64,000 nt of DNA from Sphaerodactylus townsendi (GCF_021028975.2 NC_059427.1:108128001-108192000); one strand, 5' to 3'; positions 34,976-47,505 are shown, counted from the stretch's first letter. Notes: generated by a model not told the origin, from the sequence alone. A program made the numbers and translations.

Positions 34976-37719
34976 GCATGCATTTGTTTACATCCCTTGA
35001 TGAACACATTCCAGAATACACTGGCTGACTTGGTAACTGACATATGAACTGACTTCTTTGAAAAACAGCCCACAGCAACACGCAGTTTTTAATCCATGCT
35101 TGGCCCATTAACACTTACAAAAAGTCATCACTAAATGGAGCAGTAATGTGTCCATAAAGATCTATGGGGCCTTGTTTTTATTTATTAGATTTCTATGCCA
35201 CTCTTTACCTTTCCCGCTCAGGGCGGCTCATATAATATCAGCACAATATAAAATGTATAAAACAATGTAAGCATTAAAACATCAAACAACATGAGGACTG
35301 GTTCAGTGCCATAGCACAGATGCACATTCAGTGTGAACTATGGTAATTTCTGCCAGTGCTTAGGATAACTTCCAGCATTGCAAAAAAATACCTGTTCTAT
35401 ACCAGTGAAGGCAACACTTCTAAATCTAGGGTTATCGAAGTAGGAGGCAGGCTTTAATGCAAACAAAGATTAAGAGAAACATCAGCTGACCAAACTTAGC
35501 TTAGCTGAGGGTGCAGACCTACTGATTTCCAAAACATTACTGCCTAAGTCACATGTGTGTATGCACTGAATGATTGCTCCACACTGCTTAATGTACTTGT
35601 TTCTGGCAGAACTGGCAATTAAAAAACAGTGAATTTGTGAAAGATCTGTCTGTGGGATTACATTTGTGCTGTGACACATGCACATACAAATGAGCAAGAC
35701 TACACAGATCCCACAGTGCCTTCTCACTTCAGCAGTTCCCATGATACAACCCAATTCTGTCCACGCTCATTTAGAAGTAAGTCAGATTGATTTTGGCATA
35801 ATTCACGTTGTATGCATAAATCCAAAAACTTGTTTGCACTTCCCACATTACTAACTTGACTAAAACCTGTTGGTTAGAATGCTCATTTGATTTCAATGCT
35901 TCTTTTCTGTATTAATAACCTTCACAAGATATACACTCCAAATTAAAAAGTATTAGGCCTGAACATTTTACTTGGAATTAAAATCCACTGATTTCAAGGG
36001 AACTGAAAATTAAGGGCCTCTGCAAAAAAACCCCTAAAAAACAAAGACCACCTCTCTTTGTATCAGTCACTAAAGCTACAGAACTTATGCAATAGCTCCC
36101 TTGTTTTGCTTACTTTGGATCCTGCTCTTTCAACTTTCAAACATAAATCCTGTAATGAGAGAGATATCTGGGACAAGAGTGAATTTATTAGCTTTGAGAG
36201 GTGTATTTGGTGTTTTTTTCTCTTAGAGTTGGACACTCACTACAGATTTAAGACTCACAGTCAAATACTAATCTGATATATTTATGCATAGCCAAGAACT
36301 AATCTGCTATATTTATGCAGTCAGATCACTAAACAAATTATGAATATCCTGTATGTGTATGACACTGAATGTCATTTGAAATTTAATTTTTAATACTGCA
36401 AAATCAAATTTAAGATTTACCTACTAACTAGACTGAACACAAATATATACTTCTGCTACGTGGTTGCAAATGGTACTTGGAATTCCCATATTTCTTTTAA
36501 AACTGATTAATCTTGCTGGCTATCAAAATGCAAAAAATGTTTTGATTTGAAATTATGCTAATTACTGCATTCTAAACACAATGATACAAATATCACTTGC
36601 AGGAATGCACAAACTTCTTTATGGATGCTAATGGCAGAAGTACAACATGAGCAACTATACTCTTCCTGAAACCACCACACCTTCCTCTGTCTAAACTATG
36701 CTAAAGATTCCAATACAGGATCAATACAGGGGCAAACAAAGGTATGAAACTTCTCTTCGAAGAGCTGAGGCAGTGTTTTAATTTCCAGTTGCTCACTTCT
36801 AGGTCAGGCATATAACTAATTTTCCAAAGTGTATGAAGAGGGCAGCTCCACTCCTGGTTTCTGCAGAGCGCTACAAAGGGACCAAACTGTGCATGTAGAA
36901 TTTCTTCCTGTATCTGAACTCTTACCTGTGGCCTAAGCTTAAAGAAAGATCAGTTTCCTGCAAGTTGCTGCCTTTGATGTACCTTTGTAAACATGACTGC
37001 ACTATGCAAACTTTTATACATGCACAAGAACAACATTTCCCTGTTCAAGGCAAGGAATGAGAATCCAGAATTGCTCAGTACAACACTTATTGGGACTGCA
37101 CAATAGCCTGTAAGTGTGTGCTGGGAATGATGTACTACTGTTCAGCTATGCTTTATTGCTTCTATTGCCTCATCCATATTCCAAAGACTTCTGGTAATCA
37201 CCCTTGCCCAGCAGCTCCTACACTAGCAGAATGTAGAGGAGAGAGTTTCTGTCCTTCTCTTCCATCTATAATATAGGTATTTGGGCTGCTTCTCTTCTAT
37301 GGCAACGCTGCTATGGAGGTAGAAAAGGGAAAGGGGATGAGGCTTGCAGCAGGTATGCCACTGCTGCTGCCTGAAAGCTCAGGGATGGGTGAGGAAGGTA
37401 TTATTAGAATTTATCTTCCCTTGTAGTTTGAGCAAAACAATTTTCAGCCTCTGGTATAAGATTTCCAAACAAAGAACTGGCAACCTAGTCTCTAGTTTTC
37501 TGTACTAAAGGGCACTTTCCTCTGTTTCGTGCTTGATGCAACATTTTGTAATTCCTGTTAAACTGCAACTAACATTCCTAACTCAAGCCTTGCTCTGCAT
37601 TCAGAAACCAGGGGGGAAAGTTATTATAGCAGAAATCATTACTTTTAATACTATAAAAAGTACAAGCCTTGTTAGTTTAAACTAAATAGCTTGTAACTGC
37701 AACCCTGGGTACGTTAATG

Positions 37720-38400
37720 TGTAAACAGTCAGCAAATGTAATGACACCTACTTATAACCCTGACTCAGATCGGGTCTGAAAAGTGATAATGGCCGACTCA
37801 GGATTCAATCCTATTGTGTTCACTAGGCCTTACCTTCATCGGGATTTATATCACCTAGCTTTGTTGTTTACTCTGCACACACTACGGGGGGGGGGGGTGT
37901 TACCTGATTTGCACACATCAGCTTACATTTGCACCTCCACACCTTTAACACAGCTGCAAGAGAACGTATTTAAAATCGTCTCCCTTGACAATCCCTATAT
38001 TTGCTCCCTTTTCTCCAACACACCCAAACAACGGAGGTAAATAGAGGCGGCTCTCGCATCTCAATGAGAAAGAAATCCTTTGCATCGCCCCGGGGCTTCC
38101 ACAGTTGAAAAGGCTCCTCCCCCTGTTCGGTCACGCCAGCCTCTCTGGTGCCCGCTTCCCACCCTGTATTGTTGGGCAATGACGTCAGGGGGAGGAGTCA
38201 AAGTCACGTCTACTAGCGTTCCAGAACTGCTGACGCCAAGCCGCGGCTTCGCTTCCTGTTTCCATACATGGGCAAAGGTGCCGCGGGCTTCGTGGGGTTT
38301 CCGGGACCTGGTCCAAGGGCTGACGGCTGCTTTGCACTTGATCTGTTTAAAGGCGCCACCGGACTCAAACTTTAATCTGGTGACCCGCACTGCGAGGTGA
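37720..38400. promoter_or_regulatory. Signal-responsive enhancer module (AP-1, CRE, Ets + CArG-like)
   Basis: TGACTCA 37761-37767; TGACGTCA 38180-38187; CTTCCTG 38252-38258 next to CCATACATGG 38262-38271; local CpG enrichment. Confidence 0.65.
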
Positions 38401-38849
38401 GGTAAGGCGAGACTTTGTACACAAGCACCGGCACAACAACATGCATCTCTCACAACATTTGCTTATTGACGCTATCTGGGAAGTTGACGGTACACTAAAG
38501 CTACACACTCACCCGTTACAGTGAACTAAGTGCTTTAGTCGTGTCCACGCAGGTGCTCCTTCCCCATTCCCACGAGCTAGTTTATTAGATGCATTCAGTT
38601 GGCACATGAGGGTGCAGCAGGCTAAGACGAGGCTCGTTCTGAATATGGCATTGAAGTGAAGAACATGGGAAGCGAAAGTGTGCAGCATTTGTTCCCCAGA
38701 CGTAACTGCTCCCTTTTCCTGTACACGTGTCCGCTACGACTGCAATCAGATCCTCACGTACGGATTGGGTATCAAGACGAATTAAAATGTCCACCACTCT
38801 CTCTATTTAAATGTGCATTGAAGGATTAGAAAATGCAGGTAAAAATAAT

Positions 38850-39367
38850 TTCAGTAATGCATGAATGACAGGTGAAACATGCTGTCGAGTCATTGATGCG
38901 CGTTATGGCCCGGGGGGTGCAAGAACCCAAACGCATCGGTTGGCAAGGTTGAAGCGAGATAACACATTATACATTAATAAACGAGAACCCCAGGAGGACG
39001 TGCCGCTATTCTGGGCTGGGTTTCTTGTAGGAGTGACGCAGGATCCATTTCCAGGAAGTTGCAAGGGGGAGGAGGGAACGAAATGGGGCCAAAAAACCCC
39101 GGGGGAGATTCCAGGGACTCTCTCCAACCAGCTGCCCAGGGTGGATCCCTCCCCTCCTCTGGCTCCTCCTTTTAGGAAAGGCTGTGTCCACTTTGGAAGC
39201 CGGGCGGGGTGAGTCGGGAAGAGGCGCCCACGGTGCAAGTGGCTGCCCAGGTGATTGCAGGACGGGCAGGCGAGGAAAGCATGGGCGTGGCTCCTTGGTG
39301 CCCGGCTAGCCGACTTGGCGCGGTCTTCCGGGAGACGACTCGGGGCGAGTAGGTGGATCAGTCGGCG
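38850..39367 (+). promoter_or_regulatory. STX10 CpG-rich promoter/5' UTR
   Basis: CpG-rich; ETS CAGGAAGT ~39052; half-CRE TGACG ~39035; GC box ~39202; directly upstream of the STX10 ATG. Confidence 0.65.
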
Positions 39368-39402
39368 ATGTCTTTGGAGGACCCTTTCTTCGTGGTGAAA
39401 GG
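39368..39402 (+). CDS. STX10: Syntaxin-10 exon 1; gene join 39368-39402, 43295-43464, 43726-43820, 45466-45528, 46144-46242, 51334-51440, 52575-52669, 55636-55712 (246 aa)
   Basis: MSLEDPFFVVK(G); donor GG|GTGAGT; spliced length 741 nt = 246 aa + stop; head-to-head with IER2 as in mammals, which favours STX10 over STX6. Confidence 0.94.
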
Positions 39403-39622
39403 GTGAGTGACAGCTGCTCCCACCACCGTTCAGCCTAGTGCAGATCGCAGCTGTAGAGAGCAGACTGGCACCTCGTGGGGTTTGCAAGCGTTGGAAGGTT
39501 TGAGTAATTTGGAAATCTCCAGGCGCTGGGAAGCCTGGGAAGAAGTTGTCTTCAGCGTAATTGTTCAGAAACTCTTGGGAACAAATTTGTAAGGCAAGCC
39601 TTGACAAATTGTAATTCTAGAT

Positions 39623-40032
39623 CAGCGGTTCCCTTTTTGGGGCCGCCGCCAATTGGTTCCGCAAAGTCATCCCCCGGTGCCCTAAATCCTACCCAATTAA
39701 AAACATTATTCAAAATAGTGCTTTGCATGACTCACTTAGGAAGATAATAGCTATTAAATGGGGGAAAAACCCAGAAACAATTAATTTACATCTATTCACA
39801 ATTCAATTAAAATGTTTTAGTTTAATTTATGCAACGAAATTGGACTTGACCCTGTGATTTCAGCTTTTCAAAGTCAGAAAAAAGTTTCTGATTGTTTCCA
39901 CCAGATTTGCCAGGATGGTTACTTAGCTTGATTTATTGAACAACACAATTGAAGGGGCCCACCCACATCCCCCTGCTGCCTCATAGTGTTCCTCATAAGT
40001 AACCCCTGTCCTGCCCACTTTAGGAACCTCTG
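39623..40032. mobile_element. hAT (Charlie-like) non-autonomous element
   Basis: Termini CAGCGGTTCCC / GGAACCTCTG; 8-bp TSD TTCTAGAT / GTCTAGAT (NTCTAGAN target). Confidence 0.75.
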
Positions 40033-41730
40033 GTCTAGATGCTGTTAACACCCCCCCCCCAATTAGGAGCTAGACACCAAAATTTTAATGACCATATTTT
40101 TAAATTATTTCTACCACAAAACTAAAAGCTCTTCACAGTTTCTTGTAATTTTATTTAAATTATGACAAAGGTGTTGTAGTATGTATAACTATAGGTGTAA
40201 CTCTAGGTGGTTATCATCACAAAACAGTTTGCCCCAGTTCCTCATAATTCCAGCATTGCTTTAAAAATCTCCATTTGCGTGAATACTGGAGCCAGTATAG
40301 AAAGCAACTGGTTAAGAAATGTAAGCATCTACTGAGTGGTGTAAACTTAAGTTTTACAAATAAGTAAGCAATGAGAAGAACTTCATGCACATCAATTTTT
40401 AGCTCAAATGACAAAACAGGTTGATAAGAAATGATAAGTACTTCCACTGAGAGGTGCCAGGAGAAAAACATCAATAAAGTCATTGCTGAAAATGCAAACT
40501 GCCATAGTGAAAATTCCTATGTGCTATGGAGACCTGACATTTGGAATTTGTCAAGCCTTATCATGAGGCAAAGGGGGCTTCCATAACACCAGATGAAACA
40601 GGGTTACAGAATGGATTTGTCATGCTCTACAGAGCACTTGGTTCAGGGTTGTCCAACACCCCATAAAAAACTCAATATTTGGAGAATGGTGTCTGTAAGT
40701 TTTAAGTTATGGACACAGTTTGGCTATGCTCTCCATGAAAGCATAATTGTCTATTGGAACAAATTCAGTTAGCGCAACCTTTGCTTTACAAACTAGGTGT
40801 TTTCAGTTTTTTGCCATTGCTGCTGTGCAAACAAACTCATTTTATCAGTTCAACAGTAGATTCATAAGAGGCTGCAATAACTGTTTGGAAGCAGTGGTTT
40901 GTTTTCTAGATGTGTCTTTTGTAGTGAGAGTAGATCAGTGTAGCTCATGCTTGGTTGCACTGTGTCACAGTAGTGTAATCTGAAGCAGTCTACTCAATAG
41001 GGTTTACTTTCAGACAAGTTAGTATTCTCCTTGTTTTGCCCTGCTGAGCTTGGTGATTGGATAAGCTGTCCATATTGTGCCAGCCTATGAAATAGCAGCA
41101 CTGTACCCTTAAAGGAATTTAATTCTGTTCCAGCAGATAGGAATGGAAGGATCAATACTTTGCTAACTGCCAATGATTATAAGTCAGTGTTGCCTCATTT
41201 CTTTGACCCCTTTTATCTGATTACATCATCTTAGCAGTGTGGCCTATACTTCTTACCTCATTCACTACCTCAATAATCCTCCTGTTTTACAAAGTGAGAG
41301 CAAACAGCAGAAGCTGGTGAAATGTAATTTGCGTCAGAATTAAGGTCTCATAGATTCAGCATTTCACCACTGGACTAAGCTAGTTCTGTAATTACGATTT
41401 CTGTCCCAACGGATACCTCAACTGAGAACAGAAACAGTAGAGAATCCGTGTCAGTGTGTATTGGATCTTATGGACTGTGACCAGTACATCCAGATGTATT
41501 GGTAATGCACACTGCACATTTACGGAGGAATAAGTCCCACTGAACACAGTGTGACTTTTGAGGTAAGCGTGCATAGGATTTTACTGCTAGGCTTTCTAAA
41601 TGGTGAGAGGCCTTTAAGCCTTAACTGGAGCCTTAGCTCATTCCCAATACTGTTCTGAATGCCTGGAACATGTTAAGTAACAATAAATGGAAGTATCTTG
41701 TTCACAGTACATTTTCCTCATTGCACAGTA

Positions 41731-41895
41731 NNNNNNNNNNNNNNNNNNNNNNNNNNNNNNNNNNNNNNNNNNNNNNNNNNNNNNNNNNNNNNNNNNNNNN
41801 NNNNNNNNNNNNNNNNNNNNNNNNNNNNNNNNNNNNNNNNNNNNNNNNNNNNNNNNNNNNNNNNNNNNNNNNNNNNNNNNNNNNNNNNNNNNNNN
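41731..41895. other. Assembly gap (165 N)
   Basis: Run of N. Confidence 1.
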
Positions 41896-42255
41896 TATAC
41901 ATTGAAAATGCTGGGGGAAGAATTAGGACTAATAAAAGAAAACATTTCTTCATGCAATGCGTGATTTGTGTTTGGAATATGCTGCCACAGAGTTGGTGAT
42001 GGCCACTAATCTAGATAGCTTTAAAAGGGGCTTGGACAGATTTATGGAGAAGACGATCTATGGCTACCAATCTTGATTCTCCTTGATCTGAGATTGCAAA
42101 TGCCGTAGCAGACCAGGTGCTCAGGAGCACAGCAGCAGCAAGCCATTGCTTTCACATCCTGCATGTGAGCTCCCAAAAGTGGGCCACTGCGAGTAGCAGA
42201 GTGCTGGACTAGATGGACTCTGGTCTGATCCAATAGGCTCTTTCTTATGTTCTTA
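41896..42255 (+). mobile_element. CR1 LINE 3' end
   Basis: ORF2 C-terminal remnant (RTNKRKHFF...WNMLP) and 3' UTR gctggactagatggactctggtctgatcc...ttcttatgttctta; second copy at 56975-57150. Confidence 0.8.
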
Positions 42256-43294
42256 GTCAATCCGTACTCACTTGGCATTAGGCAGCAGAGCCTCCAGGTC
42301 AAGGTAGTCTTGATATGACATTCCTTTTAGTTTAATTAATAAGTTTTCACTAAGCATGTTACCTGATAGTTATGCAATTTCTTCTGAACACTCAGCCAAT
42401 TCCTCACTGGAGTAGGTCATAAAATCTATTTGTGAAGGAACATTGCTTAACATCAAAATGTTCTTTCTTCAGTGTGTATATGTATGCTATGTAGAAATCA
42501 GTTTGTAAATTATTTTACTTTGTTTTCTCCTGACTTGGTTCTGAGGATGGTATATAATAGTTCCTCCCCCCGTACCCCTTGTAATCCCCACAAGCTGAGA
42601 GAGGATGAATGTCCCACAGTCACCCAGTGAGCTTCATGGCAAATTGTGGATTAAAGCTTGGTCACTGTACTGTAGTCCAGCACTTTAACCACTATACAAC
42701 AGTGGCTTTCAAATCTAGATTATGTTGCGAGCTCACACCATATTTGTCAGATCACCTGCCCATGTATGTCTGTATTATATGTTTGTGGGTGAGAAAATGG
42801 GGAGGGGGGGCTTTATAAAACTGTCCTTCCTGGTCATCTGGAAATTATTCTTACCTACCACAGGTGACCAGGTGAATAGCTTTTACAAGACTCTGTAGAG
42901 TTGTTGGGCAGCAGTTTCTACAGATTCCATTTTCCAAGCAGATGTCTGAAGTGAAATGGCTGAGGTACAGATGCCTTAGCATACAGCAAGGAGCTCTGCC
43001 TTATTCCAGACTTCAGCTTAGATACTGCAGAGCTGTATGACTCATGACCTTCTGAGCCAAATTTAGCCCAGCTATCATGTATGGAGATCAAACAGCAATT
43101 CAAGAAACCTTTTAGATTTGTTACTTATCTGAGATTGTGCCAGAAAAATGGAGGGCTTGTCAAGTGCAGAGCTGGTGGGTTGCATTCTGCTAGTTGTTCA
43201 CATGCATGGACTTGAAGCAGAGAGGCAACACCTCGTCCTAGTTCCTTTGCCTCATATGTCGCCCTCATTCCACAACCTGTTTTATGTTCCACAG

Positions 43295-43464
43295 TGAGGT
43301 TCAGAAAGCAGTAAATTCAGCACATGTGCTGTACCAGCGCTGGTGTCAGCTGCTTCAGGAAATTGACATTGTCAACAAAGAGGAATTTGACTGGACAACA
43401 AATGAACTCCGCAACAGTTTGCGCAGCATTGATTGGGACTTGGAGGATCTGGAGGAAACCATTT
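43295..43464 (+). CDS. STX10: STX10 exon 2
   Basis: [56 protein letters not shown] (syntaxin-6-type N-terminal domain); ends at U12 donor ATATCCTTT. Confidence 0.95.
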
Positions 43465-43725
43465 ATATCCTTTTGTGGCCAGTACCTATTGAAATGGGCT
43501 GGAGTTGTGGGAGTTGGGTCTCCAGATACTGGAGTTGCTTCAGTTTTCTACAGTGTTAGAATTACAGGGTATTGCAAGGGCATGACTCTTTACAAAGCTC
43601 TTTGCTGGAACTGGAAAGGAAATATATTCTGCTGTGTGATTCTGCTGGCCTCTGGTTGGAATATTTGTAAAAACTATACTCAAAGCTAAATTATTCAGAA
43701 CTCTTTGCACTTAACGTAAGCACAC
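43465..43725 (+). other. STX10: U12-type (minor spliceosome) AT-AC intron, 261 nt
   Basis: 5' ATATCCTTT; branch site CACTTAAC 43708-43715; 3' AC at 43724-43725; removal restores frame ETI-C-IVESNP. Confidence 0.93.
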
Positions 43726-43820
43726 GCATTGTGGAATCAAACCCCCGTAAGTTCAAAATTGAGTCCTCTGAGATAGCAGCCCGGCGTGCTTTTGTCACAG
43801 AGATGAAGGTATCCATTAAG
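43726..43820 (+). CDS. STX10: STX10 exon 3
   Basis: (C)IVESNPRKFKIESSEIAARRAFVTEMKVSIK; donor AAG|GTGAGT. Confidence 0.93.
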
Positions 43821-44366
43821 GTGAGTCTTCCCCAAAGATACACCTGGCCATTATCATGATATAGCAAAAAGTACAGTTAAAGTGTTCTCAGTAGTTAAAT
43901 ACTTTTGTAGTAAATGTGAAGATTTGGGACTGTTTCCCCATGTCTGAGGTGAAATACTTTCTAAGAGAAAGCAGTAGAGTTTGTATTATATTGAAGATGT
44001 TCAAATGGGAAAATCTGTTCCCAAATTTGGTGAATAGAGGTGGTTGAAGTTGTGATGAGGCTAAAGGTTATGTTAAATTTCCTCAATTATTTTTCTTATA
44101 TATGTAGGGACTGTGCAAGAGTGCCTATTCTTAGAGAGACTATGCAGTGATGCCCAGTGGCTCAGGAGTCACTTGTGCCTTTTCTGCATACTCCTCCCCA
44201 ATGGGGCACTTGTCCCATGTTTCAGGAAAGTAGCAAGGCCCTTGCTTGGCGGGGCCTGTAGTTAACAGGTGGTTAGGGTTCCTACCTTGAGACGGGGTGT
44301 CAGAGGAATTAGTAAGCTTATTTTATTTATTTAATACATTTATATACCCTGCCTTTCTCCCTAATG

Positions 44367-44512
44367 CCATGGTGGCGAACCTTTGGCACTCCAGATGTTA
44401 TGGACTACAATTCGCATCAGCCCCTTCCAGCATGGCCAATTGGCCATGCTGGCAGGGGCTGATGGGAATTGTAGTCCATAACATCTGGAGTGCCAAAGGT
44501 TCGCCACCACTG
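44367..44512. mobile_element. Palindromic hAT MITE nested in an older SINE-like element
   Basis: Whole element is an inverted repeat centred on CATGGCCAATTGGCCATG; 8-bp TSD CCCTAATG on both sides. Confidence 0.88.
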
Positions 44513-45465
44513 CCCTAATGGGAACCCAAGTGGGTTGCATCAACCCCTTCTCCATTTTATCCTCACATCAGCCCCTGTGAGGTAGGTTAGGCAGAGAAAG
44601 TGTGATTGGCATAAGGTCACCCAGGAAGTTTCCATGGCACAAGTCTCTCAAGTTCTCCCAGGTAAGCTGCAACTTAAGTTTGTGGAACATTGTTTCTCTG
44701 CATTCATGGTAGGAATGGAAGTAAATGTAGTAAATTGATAGAAAGTACAAATGTAGCTCTCCATGAGCCCCATTAGATTGTTGGACTAGGAGTGAAGAGG
44801 CTGGGTTCAAATCTTTGCTTGGTCATGAAGCTCATGAGTGATGTAATGTTAGTCACTCTCTCAGCTGAATCTGTCTCCCAGGGTTATGAGGATCTAACGG
44901 AGGAGTGGAGAACCATGTATGTTGATATGAGCTCCTTGGACAATGGGCTCAGGGGTCCACAACCAATTTGAACCTCACAGCACATTTGGAATTCTGACAT
45001 AGCATGGTGGAAGATCCACAAAATGGCTGCCCCAGGAAATGGAGCCATCCACAAAATGATTACCACTGCCTAACTTCCATAACACAGTGTAGATCCTTGT
45101 GCTGTGGTAGCAGCTGCTGCCAAAACAATATTTTAAAAAGTGCACAGCCATTCAAATCTCCAATAGCCAATCAGAAGTCTTGCTAGGCCTCCCCCCCACT
45201 TCCTAAAAACACTTGGCAGACAGCAGAGAAAGTGTGCCCGTGGGCAGCATGTTGGGAACCCCTGCAATAGATAGTAATAGAATTAGTGTATACCAGGGTA
45301 TCCTTGAACTTAGGATAAAACATACACATTTATGAAAGTGACTGGCAAGGCTCGTGATAGCGTACATGCCTTAGGATCCTTTGGAAAAATATATTCTTAA
45401 TGTTGTTATAGAGTCACTGTCTTTACTGATATTTATGCTTTACTGCTTTCCTTTTGTTATTTTAG

Positions 45466-45528
45466 GAAATATGGGATCACATATTCAGTCCAACAGCACA
45501 AGCCATTATTGAAAGGAAAAATAGAGAG
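45466..45528 (+). CDS. STX10: STX10 exon 4
   Basis: EIWDHIFSPTAQAIIERKNRE; TAG acceptor, GTAGGT donor. Confidence 0.9.
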
Positions 45529-46143
45529 GTAGGTGCATTCCATCTTTTCTCCTGTGTGCTGAACTGGGAATTGCCATCTCTGCCTTGAAACACACAAGGA
45601 AACCTTGGTCCTTTTGCTCATTTTCAACCTAATCTGCCAAACAGGATTGTGGTGAGGATGAAACAGAGGGGTGAGGAGATCCACATAGTACCACCCCCAC
45701 CACCCCCGCTCTTTGCCAGATGTGCATTAGTGCTCTAACCAGGGGTAACTGCACCTTTCTCATCCAAGATACACAGGACTAACCTGGCTTGCCTCTCTCC
45801 TAGTGAATCTTCCTGTGTTTCACTGTTAGACATCCATCCTCAGGGCAAAGATTTTGCCTCTGAACTTCTAAAAGTGAAAGCACTACCATATTTGCCAGTT
45901 CACCAGGGAGCATATGCCTCCTGTGTATTATGGCCAATCTCATTCTCACTGAACAGAAAAAAGTCCCCATTTCATTTCATGAGAACAGAAAAGTTACTAC
46001 CTTCTAGCAGGTGGCAGGTTGTTGGGAAATGCAATCTGTTGCTTTTCCCACCTGGTTCACTTCTAGGATTTGTGTTTCTCCCTGCAAGTTCACTGTGTGC
46101 TACTTGAATCCTGTATGCTCAGATTTTTCTTCCTTCCATGTAG

Positions 46144-46242
46144 ATGCCAGTGGGGAGCAAGGAACGATCTCGGCTCTTGGAGGCAGAGGGACTCTCAACA
46201 GTCAATTTACATGCTCTGGAAGAGCAGCAGTTGCACCAAAAG
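46144..46242 (+). CDS. STX10: STX10 exon 5 (linker)
   Basis: MPVGSKERSRLLEAEGLSTVNLHALEEQQLHQK; phase 0/0; EEQQ motif precedes the SNARE domain; divergent so less certain. Confidence 0.8.
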
Positions 46243-46429
46243 GTGGGAATAGGAACATTCATCTCCACTTACATGCCAGTGGACTAATCTCATTCACTAA
46301 TTCACCACCAGCCCTTCTTAAAGAGACCAGCAGGTATCATCAGCTGCTCAGTGAAGTTTAAAGCCCCCATTTAACTTAAGGATCCTTCAAATTTAAGTGA
46401 TACTTCTGTTGGAGGAAGGCTTCCAACTT

Positions 46430-46870
46430 GGCCAAGTTGGATACATCTCCAGTTTAGTGTGGTCACTGAGAAGAATCATAGCCAAGCTGGATAGAAGAAG
46501 AGGAGGAGGAGTTTGGATTTATATCTCCCCTTTCACTTCTGTAGGAGACTCAAAGGGGCTTTATCCTTTCCCTTTCCCCCTCACAACAAACACCCTTTGA
46601 GGTGGGTGGGGCTGAGAGAGCTCCGAAGAACTGTGACTAGCCCAAGGTCACCCAGCTGGCGTGTGTTGGAGTGCACAGGCTAATCTGAATTCCCCAGATA
46701 AGCCTCCACAGCTCAAGTGGCAGAGCAGGGAATCAAACCCGGTTCCTCCAGATTAGAATGCACCTGCTCTTAACCACTATGCCACTGGTCCAGTTTAGTG
46801 TGGTCACTGAGAAGAATCGTGGCCAAGCTGGATACGTCTCCAGTTTACTGTGGTCACTGAGAAGAATCGT
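46430..46870. repeat. 50-bp tandem repeat (about 3 units) interrupted by a SINE
   Basis: Unit GGCCAAGCTGGATACGTCTCCAGTTTAGTGTGGTCACTGAGAAGAATCGT seen at 46430, 46480/46790 and 46821. Confidence 0.85.
46494..46788 (-). mobile_element. Squam3-type SINE
   Basis: Reverse complement of the 1-253 / 22119 family, GAAGAAGAGGAGG tail. Confidence 0.85.
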
Positions 46871-47505
46871 GCAAACACTGTCAATTGGATTTGTGGTATG
46901 CAGACAACTTCTTTCTGGTTCTCTTCTGGTATCGCTTCCTGTCCCCACTGTCAAGCTCAAGGTTCTTTGCAGCAGGAAGGAACAGCTTTCCGCTTCCTAT
47001 CAAAGTGCTGGAGGCTAGACTTCTTAGGTAGGATTCAGCACTACATTTCTGTTGACAGAAAGGAGGTCATGAGGAAATCCTGGTTCCCCTGTCTTACAAT
47101 AGCCCAAAAATAATTTCTATGGGATGCCCTCCTCCTCAGCAGTAGCATTTCAAATAGGAGGAGCCATGAAATACATACTCTGGCCGTGGAAGTCCTTGCA
47201 GTCATAGAAATGTTGTGCTGGACTCAGTTCCTGTAATGGGTCTAGCACAATGGGGAGAAATGCTTTCAAACTTGCTGTCTTATTGCAGTTCAAAATTCAC
47301 CCCCAAGCACCGGGCATGGTTACTCAGTATTAGGTTGTCATTTGTGAAGTGGAATAATAATGACTTCCCTGCAGCAGGTCATGTGAAAACAGGTAAGCAA
47401 ATGTAGTTGCATGCTCTGGAATAGTTTGGGTTACAAATCTATATAACAAATTCTTTTTCATAACTATAGCATAATTCTCCTGCTACATATTACCAAATGA
47501 CTGTT

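Noticed and set aside
38903-39607. 234-aa minus-strand ORF
   Set aside because: Antisense to STX10 exon 1 in the CpG promoter; non-ATG start; no recognisable homology
41670-41999. ORFs containing X runs
   Set aside because: Artefacts of the 165-N gap plus a CR1 remnant
43809-43817. GTATCCATT, a U12-like donor inside STX10 exon 3
   Set aside because: Mismatch in the critical TCCTT core; a strong U2 donor 12 nt downstream preserves the expected protein
46430-46870. Repeat-spacer appearance resembling a CRISPR array
   Set aside because: Eukaryotic intron; units are contiguous tandem copies and the only 'spacer' is a SINE; no cas genes
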